From Pelomyxa schiedti (lineage: Eukaryota; Protista; Evosea), in the NCBI GenBank assembly GCA_020536535.1, contig JAHLWZ010000630.1:1-47185 (forward strand): a stretch of 47,185 bases of DNA, written 5' to 3'. Shown here piece after piece: positions 36,301-47,185 of the stretch. Under the pieces are notes generated by a model. That model was not told where the DNA came from. It searched no databases and saw only the letters and a program-made list of their open reading frames with translations. Both the position numbers and the translations under genes were made by a program. Numbering within the stretch: position 1 is the stretch's first letter; each line of letters opens with the position of its first letter.

Positions 36301-39300
36301 GAAATACGCTTGTATTCAATTACTTCTCTCTGTTTTTAGGCTTACCCGTTCATTAGTGAAAACATGCAGGAATTTCCCTCCAACGAGGTCCAGTATGCCA
36401 GGTAACACAGTCAAAACTTCAATCCCTTCCTAAGGAATTCCAAAGAAACTCTGACGCAGACGATAACCGGTCAGAAGTTTCCTCCATTTCAGGTTCAGCA
36501 ACCCAAATGGGCAGTCCACTTGGAGACGTTCGGAGCCTGCGGAAAAAAATTGAGAACTACAGGTACTCGTCCCTCACTAATTACAATCTTCTCACTCTTC
36601 ACAGACTGGGAGTGATGAACCAACTTCACCTCAGCATTGTATTCACAATTTTCGTTATGTTTTTGAGTATTATTCTGGAGTATGCGTTATCTCGAATTAC
36701 ATTTGCGACTTTCCAAGCAAGACTTGTTGAGATGAATAGGTAACAGTATAGCCATAATACTGGGTCCAACGTACCACAGCACTGTAACGTGCAAAGACTA
36801 TTCCCAAACTGCTGTATTTTATGCACGAAGTCTAGAGCTTGATTTCATGAATAAAGATCTGGCCTCAGCAGAATCCAAGTATATATTACTGTCCCAACAT
36901 TACATTTATGGTTCCCAGGTTAGCTCTTATTGACTCTCAGACAGTTGCATTTGTTTCTTTGTTCAATGACATGTTTATTGATAGGTTCTTCCTTGAAACT
37001 TTGGTTTTTCCCATTTGTTCTAATATCTTGAATTAGCCAATTGAGTTCCGAGATATCTCATTTCTGGTCTCTGCCGCAAGTTGATGTAAGTGTACCTCCC
37101 TTCCAACCATACCATAAACAAATCACAGGTGCAAATTTTCCTCAGGGAGGACTATTTCCATTACAGTAACGGCCATACTTCAATAAATTCATTGCCCCTG
37201 TGGGATGCAGGGTATGTGCCCACAATCCACAAGAAGTTTCTTACAGAGCGCCAGTTCTGCATTTGTCAATAACTTGCGAGATCTCGCAACTGTCCGTGAC
37301 ATTTTTTTGAGTCAAAGTATCTTGTCTGTCGGGTGCTCACACATAATTCATCCTGTTAAAAAGATCTTACCGACTTTCGCTGCACGGCTCCCTTCCGTTT
37401 TGTCATGGATAACGGGCCAACAGTGATTGTTTCTGCTCTGCGGGATTTAGGAGGGGTTTATAGTGATCTCAGTGCTGATGGTACTCCGCTTCTGCTCAGT
37501 GCCATTGTATTTAAAAAAAAAACAGATGGGAAACAGATTCTTATTTCCTTGTGCATCATATTCCCACTGACATTTGTTGTTGCTTGTATTATGGTACTTT
37601 CCACCTGGCCATTCAATTTTTAACGTAGACCATTCCAGTTTTTCGCTGTTTTTTTCCCAACAATGATCAAAGTGTCAAAGGATAGAAAGACCGTTCTTAA
37701 CCTCTTCCTTGAAGTCCCCAAGTCAACAGTTCACAATGCTGGTTGCGTGCCTTTGTATCCAAGTTATCTGATAACTTCTTTTAGTTGGATCTGGAAGTGA
37801 TGATGACAGAGATTCTTTGAGCGATGTGGGCGACACTGCAAGGTATACATGGACTGTGTTCATTTGTTGTACCTAATGAGTTTTCAGTGCTTCTGTTGTA
37901 AAGCAGACCTATGTCGCGTTCTTTGTCACAATTGCAATATTCCTTATTTTATCTGCCGCCATTTTTACTTGTGTTATGGTTAGTCAATTTGAAGGTTGTA
38001 AGCTCTAAACAAAGTTCAGATCTACACTACCAACTACCGTTATGCTGCTTATGAAATAGATGCTTCTGGTTCCTTTCTTCTTTCTGGTTTCATTTCTTGT
38101 AATTGCTCTGCAAAAAATAGGAACTCGATTGAATTTAGCCACTCAGCTAATTCTTTGGGCTCAGGAGGCCATTGTGGATGACCCATCTTCATACACAAGG
38201 AATGAAAGCCTGAGTGTGTTTCAAACCTCCTCTATTTTCTGGTAACATCGGCCAGCTCAATGGGAATCGCTATATAACAAGTTCAGTACGTTTGATTCTG
38301 CCCTCAAGTATGGAAATGACTCTATGCACATCACATCGTAAGCAGTTCTTATCTTTTATTCCAAATTTCCAACTCGGAACAAGGCGTATAACCACAGATC
38401 CTGTGTTAACCAATCTATGGCTTTACGAACCCTGCCCTGCTGCTGTTAATTTAAGCCAGTGCCAGGGTTTATCCTCACTGCAAGAGATCTACCTCAAGGA
38501 CTTGCTCCTTCTAGTAAACAGCCCAGACTCATTGTAGGAGATCTTACCCCTGAGACCCACTAACGCTATGTCAGGCTTTCAGACAAGTCTCCTTACTTTC
38601 AGGAAGCAGTAACAATTCTTAACCCCTTACGTGAGTGGCTGGTTTTAGACACAATCATGCTTGGAAACAATGCTTTGGAGGAATTAGATCAGTGTGCATC
38701 TTTGCTCCTTTTTCTATGTTCCTCTTGTGACAGCTCAGTAGAACCAAACATCAAATTACAATTATTTTTTGGGTCACATTACCCTGTGTTCTGTTTTTAT
38801 ATTTGCTCCTGAGATACCAAATAGAAACAATAGCCATGGAGACCGAAAAGTGACCCTTTCTTTCACTTTACGTTTTTCTGAATTCAAACAGAATGTTCAA
38901 GATGTTTCTCTTCTTGCCTTTACCGGAGCTCATAAAAATCCCCAACCTCAAGCAGTTCATTGAAACAGGGAGATCTTACGAAAGAAGATCTGAAAAAACC
39001 TTCAAGGTTTGAACCTTCGAATTTGTCCCCTTAATTTTTCTCTGATTCTTTCAGGACCAAAAACAACAAACGAAATCCATTCTGGATGCTTGCGGAGATG
39101 CAGTGATCGTGTGCAATGAGGATAGGTTAGACCGCCACTTCATTATTTGATTACTCAAAGTATACCAGGGCTATTGAAATCTTCAATCCTGCCGCTGAGA
39201 AACTTACTGGATTCACGGCTGAGGTACCACTATACAGTATGGAATGTATTTCTCACTCTCCTCAGGAAGTCTTGCGACAAGATGTGACTGATTGCATCAT

Positions 39301-40881
39301 TCCCAATGGCGTTGGTAAGAAACTGATCCAATCTCGAGTTACTTAACCACCTTATAGTGCATAATACTGGTCTCATCAGAGAACTCTTTAGCTCTGACAC
39401 AGACAAAAAATTCAACAGTGAAGTGACCATTCAGACAAAAAGTATGATGTCCTTGTTTCTACTTATTTTTTTTTGCTAAGTGACCTCTAGCCAAGGAGCA
39501 ATTCACTGCGCTGATGTCTGTAAGTCACACTTCTTTCTACAACAGAAACTGTGTGACACTATTCATACGTGACATCTCCGAGATGAAGCAACGTCAAGAT
39601 GCATTGATTCATCAGCAACACAGGGTACTTCGCCTCTGGTACTGACCTATCCTGACACAATTCCTCCAGGCCGAGCAACTTCTCCTTAACATACTACCTA
39701 AAACTGTGGCTGAAGAACTGAACAGCCAACAATCTGAAGGGGATGGTAATAAGAAAAATTATCTGATTGCGCACCATTTCGATGAAGTTACCATTCTATT
39801 TGCTGACATTGTTGGGTACCCCTTTGTGGCGTGTGGCTTTCTTTTGTTCACCTTAATTAGATTCACTTCTATGTCTTCCTCTATGAAGCCTGAAGAGCTG
39901 GTGTTGATGCTAAACTCGGTGTTTACCTTATGGGATCATCTCTGTGATTCTTTTGTGAGTAATCCATTAGTACAGTGGAAATACAATAACCTCCTACAGG
40001 GTGTCGAAAAAATAAAAACCATTGGAGATTGTTTCATGTAAGATACTCCCTACAGTTTCTTCTCAGGCTTAATTTAATTCAGGGCAGTCTCCGGTGCTCC
40101 AGTTCCTTTTCCTGGTAAGTTCCTCCTCCCTTCCCAACGTAATTCGTTGTAATGGTCGTTAAGAACATGCTGATGTGATGATGGACTTCGCAATAAGCAT
40201 GCTTGACAGTCTGGAAATGTTCAACTCGGTTTGTTTCTTTAGTTCTCACTTTACACTAACCTCCCGACAGACAGTGAACAACAAATTGTCAATCCGCATT
40301 GGAATGAACACCGGTTGGGACATCCATTCTTTCCATCCCACATATTTAATTGAATCACAGGGAGTGTTGTTGCCGGTGTTATTGGGTGGAAAAAGATTGC
40401 ATGGGATATATGGGGTGATTGTGTGAATGTTGCTTCAAGGTTAAAAGGAGAGGGAAAATCTATCATGTTTCTAAAATGGCAATTTCTCCTGACAGGATGG
40501 AACACACAGGATTCCCAGGACACATTCAGATATCAGAATCAACTTATGAAAAACTAAAAGGCAAATACCCCTTTGAAAGCCGAGGGAAAGTGAACATTGC
40601 GGGCAAAGGGGAAATGCCAACTTGGTTACTCAAACCCACGCCTTCTGATAAACCAAGGTATTTTGAACCAAACAAACACAGCATTTTTGCCTTATTCTGA
40701 CTATTTTTACAGAGTTGTACATAAAGGGCCAACAGCATGCAAAGAGGGTGCTACGTCAACAGAACCATCCTCTATCAGCAATAATACACCAAACGCAACA
40801 ATGCCGCAGTCATTCTCAGTCCTTTCTATGGCTTCAACTATTAGTAGGGATGTGACTGTGGAAGAGCTGCTGGGAATGTAA
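33344..40881 (+). CDS. Multi-pass membrane protein with a TmcB/TmcC-like helical region, a PAS domain and a class III adenylyl cyclase domain
   Basis: Low-complexity N-terminus, many hydrophobic segments and a helical region ([28 protein letters not shown]). PAS-like [35 protein letters not shown]. Cyclase motifs [37 protein letters not shown] and [16 protein letters not shown]; the Lys/Asp specificity residues indicate ATP. Confidence 0.9.
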
Positions 40882-40980
40882 ACTTATACACAGGCTCGAG
40901 AAAACTAGAGTGGCTCATAGAGTGTCATGTTTATTTTTTGGAATTTTTAGTAAATTCTACTTGTCTTCCTTTACATACAA

Positions 40981-42641
40981 CTAGGAGTGGTTTTCTTCAT
41001 TTTCTGTTGTGTGTTGTGGTGTTGCCTCTGGCTGAGAATTTGTTGTTGTGGAAGGTGACGCTTTAGTTTTGGCTTTTAGAATTTCTTCTATTTCATGGAG
41101 TGCATGTTTGCAGCCATCTTGCATGAGAATGAGTTCCGCATTATCGTGCATCGCGCCGTATCGTTTGTCATCACAGCACTCTGTTCCGAGAGTAGTTAGA
41201 TGAAAATGGCATGGTTTTCTAGTTAATAATGGAGTGGAAACAACCTTTGGGTGATGGATTTATTCTAACAAGAGTGCATTTTCCACCGCCTGTGCTCATG
41301 CGGTCTAGAAGGGATGCGGTCATCCCTCTATTTGATTGTGAGGTGAAGAACAAGGCTTGTGATCCCTAACCTGATGGAGGGTACTCTTAGACCGCATCCT
41401 ATTTCAAGAATAAGGAGCCGGGCCTCAGGGGCGTGTTCAGAGAGATATCTATTGAAAAGTAAGTGGTACACTGTTACAGTGGGTGTTTTTGTACTTGGAT
41501 GTTTTGGATTCCCATTCATAGAGGTGGCAGTTTCTTTCCGGAGCAACCCAAGAATCATCTCCAAACATCAGAATAGCCGGTCTGGCATAAGCCCCGCAAT
41601 GCGGGCATTTGGGATGATTGTCTTCCCAGCCAGGGGCACTGACCTGCGGTTCCCCTTCTGGTGCGACCATCGTCTCCATGTCTACTTTAAACCTGAACTG
41701 GACCGGGGCGTTCCAAGTTTGTCTTGTACAAACTTTGCTGCACTGCCACGTCGTTGTGTTCCCGTGTATTTCGTGTAGTTCATCCGGAAGAACAAGATCA
41801 CAATTCTGCGGGTGGCAGTCAATGTTACTACTGATGCAAATAAATTTACAGTGTCTCTGGTTGTACTGTAAGAACTACTCAAACCAGAAAAAAAACTTTA
41901 ACCTTATTTTTGTATGTATGGGCAAGGTAATCGTCGGATCGTTCCGGAAACGGAGATGAAAAGTAGCGCCTCTTCCATTCTTTCAAAATTTGATACCCTT
42001 CATGAGGGGGAGTATCCTTGTAAATATTGTAACAGCTTCCCCAGAACTAAGTTATCAGTCAGCGGGCTGTAGTGCTTTAACATATGTTACATACACCATA
42101 AAACAGTTTCGGGTCTCTTTCAATCCAGTGAGGTTGGCATATATCTTTTAAAAAGAGTGAGGCAAAATACGGACATAACTACCCCGTAGTACTGTACAAA
42201 TATAGTAGCAGTTGGTATATTACACACCCACATACTGCAGCCTTAATGCCCTGTATGCAGGTATATCAGCTATCTCCTTGAATACCTTTAGTCCACCATC
42301 GGCCCCAGCCCCGGCCCCCAGTGCCACCACCATACACGCACTCCTCTCTATCAACTCAGCTACCCTCCTATAGCACACATATAAGTTTACCATTCCCATG
42401 CGTATAATGCAAAGTAACACATATAAACCAAGGTTGCACTAGCCATTATAATATTTATTATGTGTTTAGTTATATAAATAAGCAACAATAAATACATGTA
42501 CTGATCGCGTAATAGGGTCAATCCAGGGTCGTTGGTTTGGCTCTCTGTTGGTGAAGTAGTAGTGGGGGTACTGATGATAGCATTGTTGCTGGAAGTAGAA
42601 GTAGTTGTTGTTGGTGGTGGTGAGGGTTGTTGGCTGCTCAT
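40981..42641 (-). CDS. Sir2-family NAD-dependent enzyme (prokaryote-like sirtuin subgroup), spliced
   Basis: VALGAGAGADGGLKVF, FWGSCYNIYKDTPPHEGY, ISSNIDCH, catalytic EIHG, Zn ligands CSKVC..CPHC, RPAILMFGD, LEIGCGLRVPSIR and LVRINP. ATG at 42641, TAG at 40983-40981. Confidence 0.88.
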
Positions 42642-43028
42642 GTTTGTTGGGTTACAACTGAGTTGGTTTTTCTTTTTCTTGCCCTGTGGTTGTGTGTTTA
42701 TGAACAGAACAAACAGAACCAGCTGCTTCAAAACTTTTTCGTTTTCAAAGTAACTCAGCGTTTCAGATCTTTCGGAGTTTTTGAACTCAAGTGTGTGGCT
42801 CTGAGGAGGTTGGCACTAATCAAAGAGACGCAACGAACCTATTTACTCAGGATGGGAGGATTCTCTTAATTGTTGTCATGATCGTCTGTGCCTGGAGTGA
42901 TGGTGATGTCGGGGCTATAGGAGATCACAGAGTCCTGAGTCTGGTTCCCCGGATTGGGGTCCTCTACTGTGTAAGGACTGAAAACAGTCCCAGTTCAGGG
43001 CAGGCAGCCCACGTAATTGTCCAATGGT

Positions 43029-44537
43029 TTAGCAGAAGCTGCCCCAGAGCCTGCGCCACCGCAGTGCCTCCCTCGCGTCCCTGGTGCTGGCCCCTTCCCC
43101 TCTCTTGTAGCACACGGCCAGGTTGAACTGTGCCACTCTGTCTCCAGCAATTGCTGCCAGACCGAACAGCTGGAACGCCTCGTCGAGGCCGCAGTGGGGA
43201 ACACCGATCCCTCTGGCGAGGCACAGCCCCAGCTTCGTTTGTGCTGGGACACTGCCTCTTGCTGCTGCAAGCCGGAAGTAGGGAACTGCAAGGCTCAGCT
43301 GCCGTGCCACGCCTTTCCCGGTGAGATACAGGTGGCCCAGCCTCTCTTGTGAGTGCCATTCCCCTTGGTCAGCTGACAACTTGAAGAATTTGGCAGCAAG
43401 AGTGAGGTTAACGGGAGTGCCAGTTCCATGCACGAATGACTCGGCCAGGTTCTTCTGGGCGAAGGGGTCGCCCTGTGCTGCTGACAGCCTGAACAACCGA
43501 AATGACTCTGCTGGATTCACCTGTGAATTGAGCAGGGCGAGGGTATGCTGTGCCATGGGTTCGCCCTGTTGCATAGCAAGGATCCAAATCCTCGTGGATT
43601 CATCCTCATCCTTTGCCACACCAACTCCATATCTATAGCACATTGCAAGGTAAGTGCAGGCTTCTGAACTCTCTTTTTCATAGCCTTGTGTTAACCACTG
43701 AACTGCCTTGGGCTCATTTTTATCAACACCATGTCCACGTAGGTACATCAGACCAAGGAGGGTCTGTGCGTAAGAGCTGCCACCCTCAGCAGCGCCCAGA
43801 TAGTACTTTGCAGCCTTCTCCATGTCTTGCTCTACACCATTTCCCCAATTGTAACACATCCCAACTATCTCAAGTGCCAGAGGGAATACAAAAGGATCAC
43901 ATTCCAAGGCTCTCTGCACTGCCCCTCTCTCGTCTTTAGGCACCCCAACTCCATACAACAGGCAACAAGCCTTCACAGTCATTCCAATACACCACAGTGC
44001 CCTCTCCTCCTCCCATTTCCTGAAGTCCATCACACAGCCTGCAGGCGGTGGCCTGTTGACACACGCAGCATCAAGCGCCATGTGCATGAACCTCAGTGAA
44101 TCCTCCCTGCACCGCATAGCAGCTTTCCGCAGACCCTGCACAGGTAGAACAGTGTACGGCCTGTGCTCCTTGAACAGCGATGGCTTCTCACTATACACAT
44201 ACGCCAGCACCATGCAGCACAGTGCTCCCCACGGCACACACCGGCGCCAATTCTCTGACCCCTGTGTGCGTGGCCTGCCTTCGTCATCGTGATCAACAGC
44301 ACTGTCAACACCACCGCTACTACCCTCATCATCATCATCATCATCATCAGTGTAGGTACATCGTGGGTCCAGAGTGGATTCCAGCAGCGGGTTCAAGTCG
44401 AAATCGAAGCGGCATTTCGGCGACGGTGACGTCGACGAAAATGACGGCGGATGGGGACTCAGCAACTCGATGCATGAATGCAAAGCATCAGAGTACTCGC
44501 CAAGGCCCAGTTGTTGCAGCAGTCTGAGGGCTATCAT
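43029..44537 (-). CDS. Intronless Sel1-like repeat (SLR) protein with about 9 repeats
   Basis: Repeated units of the form A..LG..Y..G.GV.KD...A..W...AA.QG. The first ATG in the ORF is at 44537; the last repeat is truncated. Confidence 0.88.
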   Translation of the reverse strand: MIALRLLQQLGLGEYSDALHSCIELLSPHPPSFSSTSPSPKCRFDFDLNPLLESTLDPRCTYTDDDDDDDEGSSGGVDSAVDHDDEGRPRTQGSENWRRCVPWGALCCMVLAYVYSEKPSLFKEHRPYTVLPVQGLRKAAMRCREDSLRFMHMALDAACVNRPPPAGCVMDFRKWEEERALWCIGMTVKACCLLYGVGVPKDERGAVQRALECDPFVFPLALEIVGMCYNWGNGVEQDMEKAAKYYLGAAEGGSSYAQTLLGLMYLRGHGVDKNEPKAVQWLTQGYEKESSEACTYLAMCYRYGVGVAKDEDESTRIWILAMQQGEPMAQHTLALLNSQVNPAESFRLFRLSAAQGDPFAQKNLAESFVHGTGTPVNLTLAAKFFKLSADQGEWHSQERLGHLYLTGKGVARQLSLAVPYFRLAAARGSVPAQTKLGLCLARGIGVPHCGLDEAFQLFGLAAIAGDRVAQFNLAVCYKRGEGASTRDAREALRWRRLWGSFC

Positions 44538-44722
44538 CACATCCACCCTAACTCCAAAAATTTCCCAATTTAAGCGTCAAATTGGAACCAAAGTGAGCCT
44601 CCAAATTGCTTAACTAGTGCACACTTTGGACAAAGTGGAGGAATTTCAAAGTGGCACCGCTTTGAGCATTCTCAAATCGGGCACAAAATGGGGATTTTCC
44701 CAGGTTGCCTACAAATTGGAAG

Positions 44723-45665
44723 GTTTGCTGCCAACTAGCGGAAGTCTTGAACATAACAGCAGCTTGTCAATCTGTGCCTTGGTTAGCTGGGGGAAAAAAA
44801 AGGGAGAAGGACATACCAGAGTTGGCAACCGGGATCCAGGCAGACTCTCTTGCTCTTTGCAAGGGACAAAAGCGCATAAATCAAATAATGGTCGCCTGTT
44901 GTCATGTGAACCTGTGTGGATGTTAGAAACAGAAAGCCAATAAATGGGACAAACCGGCAAACTCGCTGAAGTCATGAACTTAACAGCAGCTTGTTACAAA
45001 ATCTATGCATTGGTTAGCTGGGGAAAAAAAAGGGAGAAGGGGATACCAGAATCGGCAACTGGAATCCTTTAGCCGTTCCGCACTGGCTTGTCAGGTTAGT
45101 CGGAAAGAGAGGAGTAAGTTGAGGGCACACCCAAGAGGAGAGCCGCCAAAAAGGAAAGTAGCCCGGAAGCTTGGTGGAACTGCCGATCCAATTCAACCAA
45201 GCTGTTCAGTAGTTAACGGGAAAAGGTAAAAAGGGGGAAAAGGTAAAAAGGGGGAAAAGGTAAATGTACCACACTGCGATCAGCCATAAAGGGTGACCGC
45301 TGGTCCAATTTCAACCAAGCTACTGTGAGTAAAAAAGAAAGAAAAGAAAAAAACTGTGGATTGGAAGAATCGACTTCTCCTTGCGATTCTCCGAAGAAGC
45401 CGCCAGGCACGCTAAGTCAGTGAGGAGTCCTCAAGTTGAGAAAAACCCAAGGTGGCTCAGCCACCATTGCGATGTGCAGTGGTGACTAAGTACGGTGAGC
45501 GCACTCTTTCTCTGGGACACGCCATGAATTCGGTTGTCCTCCGCCGTCGTGTTTGACTTCAAAAAACCAAAAAAACTTCTTAAACTTTCCAGAATGGACC
45601 CACCCCGACGAGCTTCCGATTTGGAACAGGGTGATCCCGATCTGTGGCTCTCCAAATTGCTCAAA
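44723..45665 (+). repeat. Dispersed repeat B, copy 2, ending in a possible first exon (ATG 45594, MDPPRRASDLEQGDPDLWLSKLLK)
   Basis: Matches 10277-10972 and carries an extra 270 bp (45325-45594). Ends at the gap. Confidence 0.95.
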
Positions 45666-45765
45666 NNNNNNNNNNNNNNNNNNNNNNNNNNNNNNNNNNN
45701 NNNNNNNNNNNNNNNNNNNNNNNNNNNNNNNNNNNNNNNNNNNNNNNNNNNNNNNNNNNNNNNNN
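45666..45765. other. Assembly scaffold gap (100 N)
   Basis: Run of N. Confidence 1.
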
Positions 45766-46511
45766 TTTGTGGTTGTGCGAGCTTTACCTTCTACTGCTTT
45801 GAAACCAAACCACAATGAGACAGATGACTATAACATCGCTCACTTCAAACAAACTATCTCCCGGAAGATGCTCAGGCAGGCTGGACAGGATCAGGAATCA
45901 AGTGATGTTATGAAGCTTTCTGAAGCAATTACTGCGGGATTACTTGATGGTGATCTGCGCACTGATGTCACTGGCTTACCCACACAATATCAGCTTGGCT
46001 ATGCTGTGATGGATGGCGTAATTACTGATCATGCCAAAATTTTACCACTCATTGCTGAAGTGAAGAGGGTAGCTTTCTCTGTAAAGCCTTGTTTAACTCG
46101 TTCACAAGGCAAAAGAAAATGAAGATTGGGAAAAGAATATCCTTTGGAACTATAACTCAATGGTTTACGGAAAGGTCTCAAACCTGCCCTTTTGTAATGC
46201 AGTCTGACTTTGATCTCTATGAGGTTTATTTGTGATGATTTCTACTCAAGATTGGGATTGAGTATTTCAAATGCCAACTCCAGGACAGCTTTCGAAGCCA
46301 AACATTGTCTTGATAGCCTCCAAGAATCTCTAAATTCCTGCTGGTGGCCCATGTAAAAAGGGTACACAAGTTGCTGTAATGCAGTTCTACTGCCGTGATG
46401 GTGTGCAACAGCATTTTCACATTCATGAGGCCTTCGAGGGGAACACTCTCAAAGTGGATGTGGATCAGCGGCTTGTCCATTATCTCCCCTATTGAGCCAA
46501 TGCTGCGTCTG
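45766..46511 (+). repeat. Dispersed repeat A, copy 2 (pseudogenic)
   Basis: Matches 4531-5530, with an internal deletion and frameshifts. Confidence 0.95.
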
Positions 46512-47185
46512 TCTATGAACTCATGGATTAATATACTCCACTGCTTGTACTCTGTGATTGGAGGAAGACCAGATGTCCACCTGCTTCAGGTTGGTTTTGA
46601 TTCTGGCTTCAATTTGTGTGCCCTTGCTCTTCGAGATAACCTGAATTACCTGGGACTTGACACTTCAGTGTCTGCAAATATGAAACAGTTTTGAAAGACA
46701 CCTTGACTCATGAGGTATGACTGTCTCTGGGTTGCACTTTCCTGAAATATAACAGGTTCATCTTCACTGTTGGGGGAGATATCTCCGCACTCATGCGAGT
46801 TGGTTTAAGATGATGACTTCCTATTGCACTATATCTTTGCGGTACAAAGAAACTGCCATCCAAAATTTGTATGAAGCTCGGGCAGAGCGGCAGTCTGCTT
46901 TGAGAAGGATCCAACATGAAGATGAACCTGTTATATTTCAGGAAAGTGCAACCCAGAGACAGTCATACCTCATGAGTCAAGGTGTCTTTCAAAAACTGTT
47001 TCATATTTGCAGACACTGAAGTGTCAAGTCCCAGGTAATTCAGGTTATCTCGAAGAGCAAGGGCCACACAAATTGAAGCCAGAATCAAAACCAACCTGAA
47101 GCAGGTGGACATCTGGTCTTCCTCCAATCACAGAGTACAAGCAGTGGAGTATATTAATCCATGAGTTCATAGACAGACGCAGCAT
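46500..47185. repeat. Long inverted repeat (fold-back): arms 46500-46766 and 46917-47185, 150 bp spacer
   Basis: The arms are reverse complements apart from two 1-nt indels in homopolymers. The right arm reaches the window end. Confidence 0.95.

Noticed and set aside
20701-42641. Alternative genetic code or stop-codon readthrough to explain fragmented ORFs
   Set aside because: Where checked, the interruptions are explained by short GT-AG introns, and genes end in standard stop codons.

Overview
Eukaryotic (protist-like) genomic DNA, with compact genes broken by many short (~35-70 nt) GT-AG introns and one 100-N scaffold gap. The style resembles intron-dense amoebozoans such as archamoebae (inference only). 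From left to right: the 5' end of an acidic Ser-rich gene (-); an intronless SAM-domain gene (+); an ~11 kb stretch of pseudogene, repeat and non-LTR retrotransposon relics (~2.3-13.4 kb); a head-to-head pair of diverged paralogues (13.7-20.3 kb); Nup205; eIF5B; a multi-pass membrane PAS/adenylyl cyclase; a prokaryote-like sirtuin; an intronless Sel1-repeat gene; second copies of two repeats; and a terminal fold-back. Two signals stand out. (1) The divergent pair shares motifs and intron positions and appears to have a degenerate NTPase + PD-(D/E)xK (Crinkler-like) architecture. (2) CpG->TpG/CpA decay in repeats and intronless gene bodies, next to CpG-rich gene 5' ends, implies targeted 5mCpG methylation. 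All gene models and alignments were made by eye, so exon boundaries are approximate.
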